Shown here one piece after another: positions 35,915 to 45,604 of a stretch of 64,000 nt of DNA. Every line of letters begins with the position of its first letter. Within the stretch, counting starts at the first letter, position 1. The notes under the pieces are model-generated. The model was not told where the DNA came from, searched no databases, and worked only from the letters and a program-made list of their open reading frames with translations. Source of the DNA: a virus; IMG/VR virus record IMGVR_UViG_3300042261_001653, positions 3,826 through 67,825 of that record. The stretch is one strand, 5' to 3'. Made by a program: the position numbers and the translations under genes.

Positions 35915-37173
35915 TAGTCGTGGATAACCAGTTCAGCTACTTTGCCTTTTTTAAAGGCAAGCCAGTCAGATTCCCAAATGTATTTAACCGCATACCCCAT
36001 TTCTTTTATTTTTTGAAAACGAGCAAATGTGCGGTCATACAATTCTTGAAATGTTTTTTGAGCTATTTTGTTAATACTGGTCATGGTATAACAGCGAGGA
36101 TTTCCGTGGAAGTAGTCACCTAGATATTCTACAACCGTGTTATTTTGTTTGTTTAAGCTGTCCACGGTTAGATCTTTAGTTAGCATTATTTGTCTATCTT
36201 CATCTGGTATTTTTAAATAGTTTAAACATAAAATTTCCTGTTTTGAAATACGTATACATTTTCTAGAAGCCCTAGCACAAAGTGTACAACCATGACCCTT
36301 AAGCAGAGAGCGCACAGCCATTTTAAATCTGTAATTGTGTTTTTTACATGTCACTGTTACCGGATAACTTAATCCTCGATATTCAGTTATTTCTCTAAAA
36401 TCATACTTATCACCGTGGATATTTTTAAAATTATCGAGTATACCTTCCAACGTCCAAGCTAATTGCGCTTTTGTCCTTTTTGCAATATTGCAAATTTTAC
36501 ACCCTGTTGCTTTGGATAATAATTGGTTACCAGTTACATAAAACACACCGTGCGTTTTGCATTTAATAGGTAATTTTACTTTATTGCCAGGCCAATGTGT
36601 AATTAAGCCGTAATCATACACCTCGCCATGTACTTTTTTAATCGCTTCGATAAAAGAATCAAGAGTATGCCTTATTCGTTTCGTACCTTTCATCGATTTA
36701 TGTGGATTTCCACAAGTGGGACAACCATAAGCTGAATTTACGTGTGCTTGTGGGCGAATAAAAAAGTACCCGTGTAATGGACAGCCTATTTCTACTTTAG
36801 TGACCGTGTTTTTATACTCGGTACGACTATAATCAAACTTTGTGCCATGCTTTAATTTTGCTCGTTGGATGTATTCTTCGTTAGTAACTTTTCGACAATT
36901 TCTTAATTTTCCTTCTCGTGATAATTTAGGTATTTCTTTTATTGCTGATAAATCTATTTTTGTTAAATGTGACATATACCGACACCGTGGACAACCTGTG
37001 CGGCGTCCATCTATATGCTTTTTAGGCAGTATAAAAAAAGGACCGTGAGCAGGGCATTGAATTTCGATTTTTGTTTTGCTGTCTACTATGTTTACTTTAT
37101 TATACAAATAACGATCTCCGTATATTGCTTTAGCTGTAGCGACGAACTCTTCGGTACTTAATAACTTAGCCAT
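35911..37173 (-). CDS. Putative homing endonuclease: four DUF723-like Zn-repeat modules plus C-terminal PD-(D/E)xK/Vsr-like nuclease
   Basis: Repeated HG..YDY....K..I.C..HG.F....GC..C; C-terminal VD....VEYLGDYFHG...YIWESDW. Confidence 0.8.
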   Translation of the reverse strand: MAKLLSTEEFVATAKAIYGDRYLYNKVNIVDSKTKIEIQCPAHGPFFILPKKHIDGRRTGCPRCRYMSHLTKIDLSAIKEIPKLSREGKLRNCRKVTNEEYIQRAKLKHGTKFDYSRTEYKNTVTKVEIGCPLHGYFFIRPQAHVNSAYGCPTCGNPHKSMKGTKRIRHTLDSFIEAIKKVHGEVYDYGLITHWPGNKVKLPIKCKTHGVFYVTGNQLLSKATGCKICNIAKRTKAQLAWTLEGILDNFKNIHGDKYDFREITEYRGLSYPVTVTCKKHNYRFKMAVRSLLKGHGCTLCARASRKCIRISKQEILCLNYLKIPDEDRQIMLTKDLTVDSLNKQNNTVVEYLGDYFHGNPRCYTMTSINKIAQKTFQELYDRTFARFQKIKEMGYAVKYIWESDWLAFKKGKVAELVIHDY

Positions 37174-37175
37174 AC

Positions 37176-37328
37176 CTATTTCCCTCCATCTCCCCGATCT
37201 TTACCTTTAAAATACCGCTCAAGATTTTTGCGATTTATTTCGTCCTTATGCTTTTCATAATAGCGTCGAGCACGTAAGCGTTTGGTTTCTTTTACTTCTT
37301 CAATTGTTTTATAAGGTTTTCTTCCCAT
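37176..37328 (-). CDS. Small basic protein (50 aa) upstream of the endonuclease
   Basis: Hand translation MGRKPYKTIEEVKETKRLRARRYYEKHKDEINRKNLERYFKGKDRGDGGK; TTGACT-N17-TAAGCT promoter. Confidence 0.55.
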   Translation of the reverse strand: MGRKPYKTIEEVKETKRLRARRYYEKHKDEINRKNLERYFKGKDRGDGGK

Positions 37329-37414
37329 TCTTTAAGCTTATGGGTCAGCCTATAATTAGTCAACATAAAAACAGCAATTTGACAATTCTGTCTTTAGCGC
37401 TATATTTAAAGCCT

Positions 37415-37846
37415 ATGACAGAAAGACCGAGTTGGGAAGAGTATGCGTTACAATTAGCCGAAGTTGCCGCAAAAAGATCCAAGGATCCTTGGGTAAAAGT
37501 TGGTTGTTGCTTATTGCGGCACGATAACAGTGTGGCGTCATTAGGATATAACGGTATGCCTGCTGGAGTTGTGGAAGACTGGATAGATAGAGACGCACGC
37601 CGATTGACAGTGATACATAGCGAAATGAACGCCTTACGCTATGTTAGGCCGGGCGAATGCTATTTGGCTGCAATTACTATGACGCCGTGTAACGATTGCT
37701 TAAAAAACCTAGTATCTTATGGCATTAAAAATATCGTATACCGCACAGTATATAGCCGGGATACGTCATGCTTTGCTTTAGCGGATAAATTTGGCGTGCA
37801 ATTAATTCAACTACCCACTGTTACATCTTCGCCATCAATCACTTAA
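37415..37846 (+). CDS. dCMP deaminase
   Basis: RSKDP..KVG, GYNG, HSEMNAL, PCNDC; start moved to ATG 37415. Confidence 0.92.
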   Translation: MTERPSWEEYALQLAEVAAKRSKDPWVKVGCCLLRHDNSVASLGYNGMPAGVVEDWIDRDARRLTVIHSEMNALRYVRPGECYLAAITMTPCNDCLKNLVSYGIKNIVYRTVYSRDTSCFALADKFGVQLIQLPTVTSSPSIT

Positions 37847-37890
37847 GCCAGCTACTTGCAAAATCTAAAGACATGCGCTACCTTTGTAAG

Positions 37891-38313
37891 ATGCGAGTTT
37901 ATTTTAAGAAACTAAATGAATGTGCTCAAGTTCCAACTAAAAAGCCAGGCAACGCCGGTTACGACTTATTTTATGCCGGAGAAGACCGTGAACTCTATCC
38001 GACGCAACGTGCGTTACTGGATACGGCAGTCGCTATTGAACTTCCAGAATGGGCCTACGCTCGCATCGCGGATAGGTCAGGGATGGCGTTAAAGCAGGGA
38101 CTGCATGTATTGGGTGGCGTTATTGATTCTAACTATCGTGGAGCAATTGGAGTTATATTAATTAATCTTGGAGATACTAAAGTAGAGATTAAAAAAGGCG
38201 ATCGTATTGCGCAGATGATTATTGAACAAGCGCATGAAGCAAAGTTTATTGAGGTGTCTGATTTGACAAACACCGAAAGAGGAATTACAGGTTATGGTGC
38301 GTCTGGTCGGTAA
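37891..38313 (+). CDS. dut: dUTPase (trimeric)
   Basis: AGYDL, RSG, GVIDSNYRG, DRIAQ, RG..GYGASG. Confidence 0.95.
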   Translation: MRVYFKKLNECAQVPTKKPGNAGYDLFYAGEDRELYPTQRALLDTAVAIELPEWAYARIADRSGMALKQGLHVLGGVIDSNYRGAIGVILINLGDTKVEIKKGDRIAQMIIEQAHEAKFIEVSDLTNTERGITGYGASGR

Positions 38314-38334
38314 AAAATAAAAAGGAAAAACAAC

Positions 38335-41300
38335 ATGGATAAAAATAAAAATACAGAAGCAGTGTTAGGCGTAAATTTCTTGGCAGAGATGAGCAAATTT
38401 ACCTTCGCTTCCAAATATGCCCGTTACAACCCCGCAGCTGAGCGTAGGGAGACTTGGCTTGAATGTGTGGGTAGAACAGAGGCTATGCATTTGAACAAGT
38501 TTAAGAAGGTTTTAAGCAAGGAGGATCTGAAGCGGGTTGAACGTGCTTTTGATGCCGTAAGGGAAAAACATGTTGTGCCGTCTATGCGCAGTTTACAATA
38601 CGCAGGTCCAGCTATTCAAGCCAACGAACTCCGATTGTATAACTGCTCAATGCGGCATTTAGATTCAATTCGTACTTTTGCGGAGATTATGTTTTTAAGT
38701 ATGAGTGGTTGTGGCATCGGCATTGGGCTGTATAAAAAGTATATTAATCGTCTGCCTGACTTGGTTAACGCTGAGGATAAAACCGGGACTATTATTACTT
38801 ACGTGGTTGAAGATAGCTGTGAGGGTTGGTCCGATTCTTTTGAGGCACTCTTAAACTGCTATATGAAGAATACAGCATATACTGGTCGCAAGATTGTATT
38901 CGATTATAGTCGGGTTAGAAAAGCCGGCACTCCACTTAAAACTAGCGGTGGTAAAGCTCCAGGCCATAAAGGTTTAAAGAATGCCCATGTTAAGATTAAA
39001 GAGCGGCTGGATTATATTATTGAGGAGCTTAATCTCAAGCGTATGCGGTCCATTGATATTTATGATATTTTGATGCACTGCGTAGATGCTACCCTGTCAG
39101 GTGGTTCCAGAAGGTCTGCAACTATTGTGTTGTTCGATAAAGATGATACCGACATGCTGCAGGCTAAGACAAATTTTACAGTATCTAAACATACTCGGTT
39201 TGTATTGGATAAGGATATTCAACGTTGGTGTGGTCGTGTAACCATTAATAAAAAGAAATACGAAGTCGAGCTGACCGACTACGAATACAATGAAATGCTG
39301 CTCAAACATAATCAGATTTCTTGGATTCACATCGAGCCTCAGCGGGCTAGAAGCAATAACACTATTCGTTTAATTAGGGAAGAAACTACACAAGCTGAAG
39401 TAGATGCATTGGTTGAGCATACTAAAATGTATGGTGAGCCGGGTTTCTTCTTTGCCAATAAAGGAGCAGAAGACGCCCTGGTAAATCCTTGTTTACCTGG
39501 CAGTGCGACTTTAATTACTCAAACAGGTGTCACCACTATGAAGGATATTCAAGTAGGCGATAAGATATGGTCAGCGGAAGGATGGACTACGGTTATTCAA
39601 AAGTGGAACAATGGAATTAAACCAGTATTTAAATATAACACTACAGCAGGTACAGTAGTCGCAACGGAAAACCATAAGTTTGTGTCTAAGGGTGAAAAAG
39701 TAGAAATTAAAGATTGTGACAGCTTAGATTTATTAACCAACACAGTTACTGCACCTGTTGTTTGGGATCCTCAAGATGTAATGGATGGCTTGGTTTTTGG
39801 TGACGGTTGTAGAAACGCGAAACAACCATACTTAATTATTGGTAAAAACGACCAAGACTATTTCAATAGCGAAATAACCCATTTAATTAAAAATGGTAAA
39901 AATCTAAATTACACTGTTGCGACAACCGTCACAAACGAAGAGCTTCCACATACATACGATCGCGTAATACCTGATCGCTTTATTTGTGCTTCGCTGTCTA
40001 AGATTGCGGGTTTTCTGCGAGGCCTATTTTCAGCTAACGGTAGCGCACACAGTAAGCGCATTTCTTTTAAAACATCATCCAATAAGTTAAAAGAACAAGT
40101 AATTCTCATGCTATCTTGCTTAGGTATTAAATGCTATAGCACTACAAATAAACCTATTTGGGTAACTTTCAGCAATGGGCGTTATCTATGTAAACAATCT
40201 TACGATATTAACATTTACGACCGAAAAGGTTTTTCAGCGCGTATAGGCTTTCTGCAACGCTATAAAAATGAAATTCTAACTGAAGCAATTGCATTTGCGG
40301 AAACAAGTAAGAAAGCCATTCGCAATAAAACAACTTACGATATATTTGAAACTACCGCATTAGGCGAACAGGAAGTATTTGATATTGCCGTAGATAACCA
40401 ATCACATACTTATTGGTCTGATGGATTTAATGTTTCCAATTGCGCTGAGATCGTAACCATTCCTGTAACCAAGGATGGCGTATGTGGCGTACAGAACTGC
40501 AATCTTACAGAAATAAATGGCAAGGCCTTAACCAATCAGGAAGACTTAATTAAAGCTGCTGAAAATGCCGCGATCATTGGTACCCTTCAAGCGGCCTATA
40601 CCAAGTTTAAATATCTAGGTAATGCTTCTCGTGAGATTACAGAGGAAGAAGCGTTGCTAGGTATCAGTATTACCGGTTTATTGGATAATCCTAAAATCTG
40701 CCTTAACGAGGAATATCTTACTACGGCTGCTCAATGGGCTTGTGCCACTAACGAGTTGTGGGCTAAAAAATTAGGTATTAATCCAGCTGCACGTCTTACC
40801 TGTGTAAAGCCTAGTGGTACAGTGGGTATTGTATTACAGACATCTTCTGGTATTCATCCTCATCACGCTAATAAGTATTTTCGTCGTATTCAGTGCAATA
40901 AGCACGATCCGGTATTCCAATACTTTAAGAAGCATAATCCTCATATGGTAGAGGAAAGCGTATGGTCAGCTAATAAGACCGATGAAGTGGTTACCTTTCC
41001 TATCTACGTGAATGGTGAAACTATTGTCAAAAAGGATCTTACTGCTCTGCAGCATATGGAGATAATTAAGAAAGTGTATAATGCTTGGGTAAAACCTGGG
41101 ACTAGTAAATATAACAAGAAGCCTATTACCCATAATATCTCTTGTACTGTATTGGTTAAGGATGAAGAATGGGCTGACGTAAGTAAATACATGTACGCCA
41201 ATAGAGATGCATTTACGGCTATCTCGTTCTTACCTGCTCTAGGCGATAAGCTCTATAAACAGGCTCCACTTGAGAGCATTGTTACTGAAGAAGACGAAGC

Positions 41301-41421
41301 CAAATATCAGGCTTTAATTGCTGGGTATAAACCAGTCGATTATAAGAAGCTGAAAGAGCTGGAAGATACTACGACAGCCATGGATACGATAGCTTGCAGC
41401 GGTGGGGCTTGTACCATTTAA
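38335..41421 (+). CDS. nrdJ: Class II (B12-dependent) ribonucleotide reductase with intein
   Basis: PSMRSLQ, YNC, GEPGF, NP|CAEI, CNLTEIN, TCVKPSGT, C-terminal ACSGGAC. Confidence 0.92.
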   Translation: MDKNKNTEAVLGVNFLAEMSKFTFASKYARYNPAAERRETWLECVGRTEAMHLNKFKKVLSKEDLKRVERAFDAVREKHVVPSMRSLQYAGPAIQANELRLYNCSMRHLDSIRTFAEIMFLSMSGCGIGIGLYKKYINRLPDLVNAEDKTGTIITYVVEDSCEGWSDSFEALLNCYMKNTAYTGRKIVFDYSRVRKAGTPLKTSGGKAPGHKGLKNAHVKIKERLDYIIEELNLKRMRSIDIYDILMHCVDATLSGGSRRSATIVLFDKDDTDMLQAKTNFTVSKHTRFVLDKDIQRWCGRVTINKKKYEVELTDYEYNEMLLKHNQISWIHIEPQRARSNNTIRLIREETTQAEVDALVEHTKMYGEPGFFFANKGAEDALVNPCLPGSATLITQTGVTTMKDIQVGDKIWSAEGWTTVIQKWNNGIKPVFKYNTTAGTVVATENHKFVSKGEKVEIKDCDSLDLLTNTVTAPVVWDPQDVMDGLVFGDGCRNAKQPYLIIGKNDQDYFNSEITHLIKNGKNLNYTVATTVTNEELPHTYDRVIPDRFICASLSKIAGFLRGLFSANGSAHSKRISFKTSSNKLKEQVILMLSCLGIKCYSTTNKPIWVTFSNGRYLCKQSYDINIYDRKGFSARIGFLQRYKNEILTEAIAFAETSKKAIRNKTTYDIFETTALGEQEVFDIAVDNQSHTYWSDGFNVSNCAEIVTIPVTKDGVCGVQNCNLTEINGKALTNQEDLIKAAENAAIIGTLQAAYTKFKYLGNASREITEEEALLGISITGLLDNPKICLNEEYLTTAAQWACATNELWAKKLGINPAARLTCVKPSGTVGIVLQTSSGIHPHHANKYFRRIQCNKHDPVFQYFKKHNPHMVEESVWSANKTDEVVTFPIYVNGETIVKKDLTALQHMEIIKKVYNAWVKPGTSKYNKKPITHNISCTVLVKDEEWADVSKYMYANRDAFTAISFLPALGDKLYKQAPLESIVTEEDEAKYQALIAGYKPVDYKKLKELEDTTTAMDTIACSGGACTI
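39490..40440 (+). mobile_element. LAGLIDADG-containing intein (317 aa) in nrdJ
   Basis: Starts CLPGSATLI, block B ATENHKF, DGLVFGDG and FLRGLFSANG, ends VFDIAV...FNVSN followed by C. Confidence 0.92.
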
Positions 41422-41468
41422 TAGCTAAAAAAAGAAATTTGTATAGCGCCTCTTTTGGGCGCTTGGGA

Positions 41469-41780
41469 TTATAGTGCGAAGCCTTCGCACCATAATCCCC
41501 CATGTTCTTTTTTAACCACCCTCGCGGGTGATACTAGGTCGCCCCGGGGAGCGACCTTCCGAACTTCTTCCGACACCACGAAGATGGTGTCGGCCTCCAT
41601 CTCCGGCAGGTCAATGACCTCCGGAGCCAATTCAAACAGTCCGATGCCATTTACGGCACCAGACCGTTTTGACCACGGCTTAACCCAGGCCACTTGGCCT
41701 GACTGGGTTAAGACGTATTCGAACTTGCCATCCTCCCCCACAATCCAGAGATCGTGGGGAGTGCAATTAATAATTTTCAT
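41469..41780 (-). CDS. Hypothetical protein, MKIIN(C/L)TPH-type N-terminus
   Basis: IINCTPH, LPE...IFVVS...RGDLVSP; ATG directly after promoter variant GGTATGACTATTTG. Confidence 0.65.
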   Translation of the reverse strand: MKIINCTPHDLWIVGEDGKFEYVLTQSGQVAWVKPWSKRSGAVNGIGLFELAPEVIDLPEMEADTIFVVSEEVRKVAPRGDLVSPARVVKKEHGGLWCEGFAL

Positions 41781-41860
41781 ACAAATAGTCATACCCTTTT
41801 TTAACCGTAAACACAGGAGGGGGGTATAGGCTAAAAAAAGGGCACAAGGCCCTTTTGTAA

Positions 41861-42664
41861 TTACGCTTGCGCGGCCATAACCAACCCTTCCAGCTCAGCT
41901 ATGCGAGACCTGTCTGTCTCTGTTCTATAAGGCTTCCAGTGCAGCTCTCTTAATTCTGCACTGACTCCCAACCCATCGGCTGCGGACCAGAAGGCTTCAT
42001 CAGCCTTGTGTGAGTCTTTAAGCGCCTCATCCCTATCGGTTGTATACAATATTTTCTTCGCCGCAAGCATGGCGGAGTCATCCGCTACCAAGTCCGGCGT
42101 GTCATCGCCGCAGCCGCTTACAGAATCAACCAACTTCCCGTCCTTTATCAGGACAAAGGCAGCCGCCCGCTGGTCTCCCAATTCATATACTATAGAATGG
42201 CAACCATCCTTTAGGTCTGCCCAATAAATAATTTTGTTCCCATTGATGTAGGCCCACCGGTGTTCTTCTGCCGTTACAAAGCACACTGGTTTAGCACAGT
42301 TATGCGCTAGTCTTTTTGTAAAGTATCCCGGCCTGAAATCCGGTACTAGCTTTTCCTGATACCCTTCGAGCCACGCTTGACGAGTTAACCAGCCCTCTGA
42401 TATTTTAGGAGTCTCCGTGTAAGCATTGCACGGAGGCCAATGATACGTATCGGCTTCCCAACCGTGCCGGGTCATAAACTCTTTCGGCACTGTATATGCG
42501 CCGACAAATCCGTTATGCCCGCTGTCCTTCTTCACAGCGTCCAACGCCTTGAAGAATTCTACCGGGGCGGCGGCGGTTGTGCTAGTACGCCGAAACCACG
42601 TTTCAGCACTGCCGATGCCACTGAACCGATAAGTCCCAACTACTACCTGATTATTTTTGTTCAT
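41861..42664 (-). CDS. Hypothetical protein
   Basis: 267-aa ORF, followed by hairpin + T7-AGCC. Confidence 0.65.
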   Translation of the reverse strand: MNKNNQVVVGTYRFSGIGSAETWFRRTSTTAAAPVEFFKALDAVKKDSGHNGFVGAYTVPKEFMTRHGWEADTYHWPPCNAYTETPKISEGWLTRQAWLEGYQEKLVPDFRPGYFTKRLAHNCAKPVCFVTAEEHRWAYINGNKIIYWADLKDGCHSIVYELGDQRAAAFVLIKDGKLVDSVSGCGDDTPDLVADDSAMLAAKKILYTTDRDEALKDSHKADEAFWSAADGLGVSAELRELHWKPYRTETDRSRIAELEGLVMAAQA

Positions 42665-42754
42665 AGCTAAAAAAAAATAAACCGTTAGCGTCTTAATTAA
42701 CGACTAACGATCGTTCAATTAATTATACCTTTTATTAACCCCTAAAAATAAGCA

Positions 42755-42779
42755 GGCCTAGGAAGGTTAATCCTAGGCC
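42755..42779. terminator. GGCCTAG-family hairpin
   Basis: GGCCTAGGA-AGGTTAA-TCCTAGGCC downstream of LRR gene. Confidence 0.65.
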
Positions 42780-42801
42780 CACAATAAAATTACCGTGTAA
42801 A

Positions 42802-43677
42802 TTACTTACACCAGCCAGACAGTGTTCGGCGATTAATTACGGCGCCGCCAACGGTAATATGGGGTAGGCTTTCACAACCAGTAAATGCGTCGTCATCAAA
42901 AGCGGTTACAGTATTAGGAACTATGTATGCTCCGTTTTTGCCAGTAGGATACTGTAGCAGTTTAGTTTGTGCTTTATTGAATAACACGCCATCTAAACTG
43001 CTGTAAGCGGTATTAGCTGCGTCTACGGTAATTGCGGTTAAATTAGGACAACGCTCAAACGCACCATCTAAGATACTGCTTACACCAGCTGGAATATTTA
43101 CAGTAGTTAATGTTTCACACCCGGCAAAGGCAGATTGTCCAATGGTGGTTACGCTGTCAGGAATAGTAATAGCCGTTAATACTTTACATTCGCTAAATGC
43201 TTCCCGTCTAATAGCGGTTAAGCCTTGGTTAAGTGTAACGGTAGTCAACGCCGTACAATTGCCAAAAGCTTTTTCTTTAACTGCCCGTATACCACTGCCT
43301 AAGGTAGCTGTAGTTAGAGCATAGCAGCCGTAGAAGGCCAGTTGGCCTAAAGTATTAACACTGGCTGGAATGGTAATGGATAATAAATTAAAACAATCCC
43401 AGAAGCAGTAATCACCTAACGCAACCAAAGCAGCAGGTAATGTAACCGTCTGCAGTAAAGAGCAACCAGCAAATGCACGGTCTCCAATGTGCGTTAACGT
43501 AGCTGGGAATGAAACGCTACGAATAAATGGACAGCCATAAAATGCAGTTACACCGATTTTAGTTACGGGTTTTCCTTCAAGCGTATCCGGGATGACCAAA
43601 TCAGTGCCTGGAATTTTGTCGTTGTATTTATCAATCGTTACTTCGTTTTTAATTATCGTATAATCGTAGGTAGCCAT
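42802..43677 (-). CDS. BspA-type leucine-rich repeat (LRR_5) protein
   Basis: Repeats of L..I.IP.SV..IG..AF.GC; DGVLFNK...LLQYP. Confidence 0.92.
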   Translation of the reverse strand: MATYDYTIIKNEVTIDKYNDKIPGTDLVIPDTLEGKPVTKIGVTAFYGCPFIRSVSFPATLTHIGDRAFAGCSLLQTVTLPAALVALGDYCFWDCFNLLSITIPASVNTLGQLAFYGCYALTTATLGSGIRAVKEKAFGNCTALTTVTLNQGLTAIRREAFSECKVLTAITIPDSVTTIGQSAFAGCETLTTVNIPAGVSSILDGAFERCPNLTAITVDAANTAYSSLDGVLFNKAQTKLLQYPTGKNGAYIVPNTVTAFDDDAFTGCESLPHITVGGAVINRRTLSGWCK

Positions 43678-43754
43678 ATAACGTTAGTATACTGCTTGAG
43701 GTTAAAAAAAGAAAGAGGGCATTTTAAGTGCCCTCAATGCTTAGTTTATTTATA

Positions 43755-44018
43755 TTACTTAGCGGGAGGCATTGGACCACGGGGACCTTTACCTTGAGGA
43801 CCCATTCCTCTTGGACCTTTTCCATCCCTAGGGCCTTTACCAAATTTAGGACCGTTAGGACGCATCTGGGGATTACAACATAGGCACTTACAGATTACTT
43901 GTATCTGTACTACTTGCGCCTTTGGTTCTTTACGTGGAGCAGGAGCATCTGTCGCTTGGGCTAGCGCAGCACATCCAAAGAAAGCGATGGTTGCGATTAA
44001 TACTTTTAGTTTATTCAT
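43755..44018 (-). CDS. Small secreted protein with CxCxCC and GPR repeats
   Basis: Signal peptide, AGAAAGG upstream, KGPR repeats. Confidence 0.65.
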   Translation of the reverse strand: MNKLKVLIATIAFFGCAALAQATDAPAPRKEPKAQVVQIQVICKCLCCNPQMRPNGPKFGKGPRDGKGPRGMGPQGKGPRGPMPPAK

Positions 44019-44075
44019 AGTTTGACCTTTCTGATTTCACTTTAACATAAAGAACCTGAAGAATAGCTTAAGGCT

Positions 44076-44370
44076 AAAAAAAAGTTTTCACTTTTTCCCA
44101 AGAGCAGACAATTCAGTCTGTTTGTTATTGGGTTCCCACACCCAACCTCACCATAGTTTTGCTATGGTTAGCGTAGCTCAGGACTTAGCCCTGAATTTTA
44201 TACTACGCGGCACGCCCGTATATAGGCTTATTGAACCCTATTTCAATAAGTCTACCTATAAAGTATACTGGCTCAGTCAATATACTTTACCTTAGCCTGT
44301 GTGCATCAGGCCAGCGGTCATAGATCTTAGTCCCCTCGCCCCAGTATTGCACCTGGAGCGACGATCTATT
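44076..44370 (-). ncRNA. Unassigned ~295-nt multi-hairpin structured RNA
   Basis: Promoter motif at 44369-44384, about 8 consecutive stems, GAAA-tetraloop hairpin and T8-AGCC at the end, no credible ORF. Confidence 0.65.
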
Positions 44371-44518
44371 CAAATAGTTATACCTCAATATATTGTAATA
44401 ACCAAGGGGGGTAGATGCAAGCTATCCACCTTTAAGCCGTTCAGCCCTCAGTTCCAACTTTGCCAATTTTTTAATAATGCTATCGTTAGTTATAGGTTTA
44501 TTTTTTTTTAGTTAGCCA

Positions 44519-45604
44519 TTATTCCATACCGGGCATCCAACGAGTGTCGGTGCCGTTTTTATATACATCTACAAACTCCGCTTTTTCATCTTTCATAAAC
44601 TCAAGTAATTCTGATTTACGAGATAAACCATGAATCACTAGCCGACCGTTAAGTTTACGAACACGCCAACCCCAAGAATAGGCGTATGCCGAATAGTTTA
44701 CCAACACCAACTGCCTTGTAACCCCTTTTCCATCGTCGTCGTCGACGTCCATTCGATATACGGTATTATCACTGATAGTTTTATACTCCGGCACTATCAT
44801 TTCTCTTATCCGTTCCGTAAACGTAATGGCAGTGCGAGAACATTGCGATTGATTCTCAATTAACGTCAACTCCGCCTCGTTGAATTCCGTGAAACAATTA
44901 GCGAAATAAAACTTGGATTCAGGACAATGACGTAACAACCAGTATAACGCAATATTCCCTTCGTTATCCTTTTCCAAAAATACTTGCTTGGTCAATCTTC
45001 CCTGTTTCTCCCATGTTGCCCAATCTAAGCTAGCCCAATCCCGTTTACGCGCCTTATCACATATGATTGCGGCCAACAATGATTGATCGTCTGCGCGACT
45101 TATCACTTCTTCAAAAGATGCACCCGGTGTCTCTCCGCTTTTCAAGGCCAAGCCGTATAATTTCTGTAATACTGAACTTTTTGCTAACTCCTTCTTTAAT
45201 GTTTTAATTTCAGTATTAATTATTTGCAACTTACCTCGAAGCTTCTGCTGTTCCTCTTCTCGAAACAGCAGCAAATCTCGTTTGGCGATGAGGTTTTTTG
45301 TGGTCTGCTCTGTTATATCTTGAACAACCTTGGCGGTCTCAGTTGGCTTAGGATCGACTTGAGTAACAACAGTTTCAGACTTAGTTTCCGGCTTAATAAC
45401 CGGTTTAATCTTAACCTCCACTGCTTTGTTAGTCTTCGTGAGCTTATTAGTAATTTGCACCGCCTCTTCGACGGTGAGCTTGATTGGCGAATTAAACATC
45501 AATACCGTAGTTTTGTTTTTATGGATGGTGTTCATTTTTTTTGTGTTTTCGTTTGCAGCCGTTGACAAACGAGGAATAGTTGCTAAATTGTCTCGATATG
45601 ACAA
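44519..45604 (-). CDS. Hypothetical protein with coiled coil (true start probably 45535)
   Basis: Long ORF; ATG 45535 follows an A-run and avoids overlap with the tmk promoter. Confidence 0.6.
   Translation of the reverse strand: MSYRDNLATIPRLSTAANENTKKMNTIHKNKTTVLMFNSPIKLTVEEAVQITNKLTKTNKAVEVKIKPVIKPETKSETVVTQVDPKPTETAKVVQDITEQTTKNLIAKRDLLLFREEEQQKLRGKLQIINTEIKTLKKELAKSSVLQKLYGLALKSGETPGASFEEVISRADDQSLLAAIICDKARKRDWASLDWATWEKQGRLTKQVFLEKDNEGNIALYWLLRHCPESKFYFANCFTEFNEAELTLIENQSQCSRTAITFTERIREMIVPEYKTISDNTVYRMDVDDDDGKGVTRQLVLVNYSAYAYSWGWRVRKLNGRLVIHGLSRKSELLEFMKDEKAEFVDVYKNGTDTRWMPGME

Noticed and set aside
44299-44511. 70-aa plus-strand ORF over the ncRNA 5' end
   Set aside because: GTG start without signals; antisense to a promoter-terminator-bounded structured unit.
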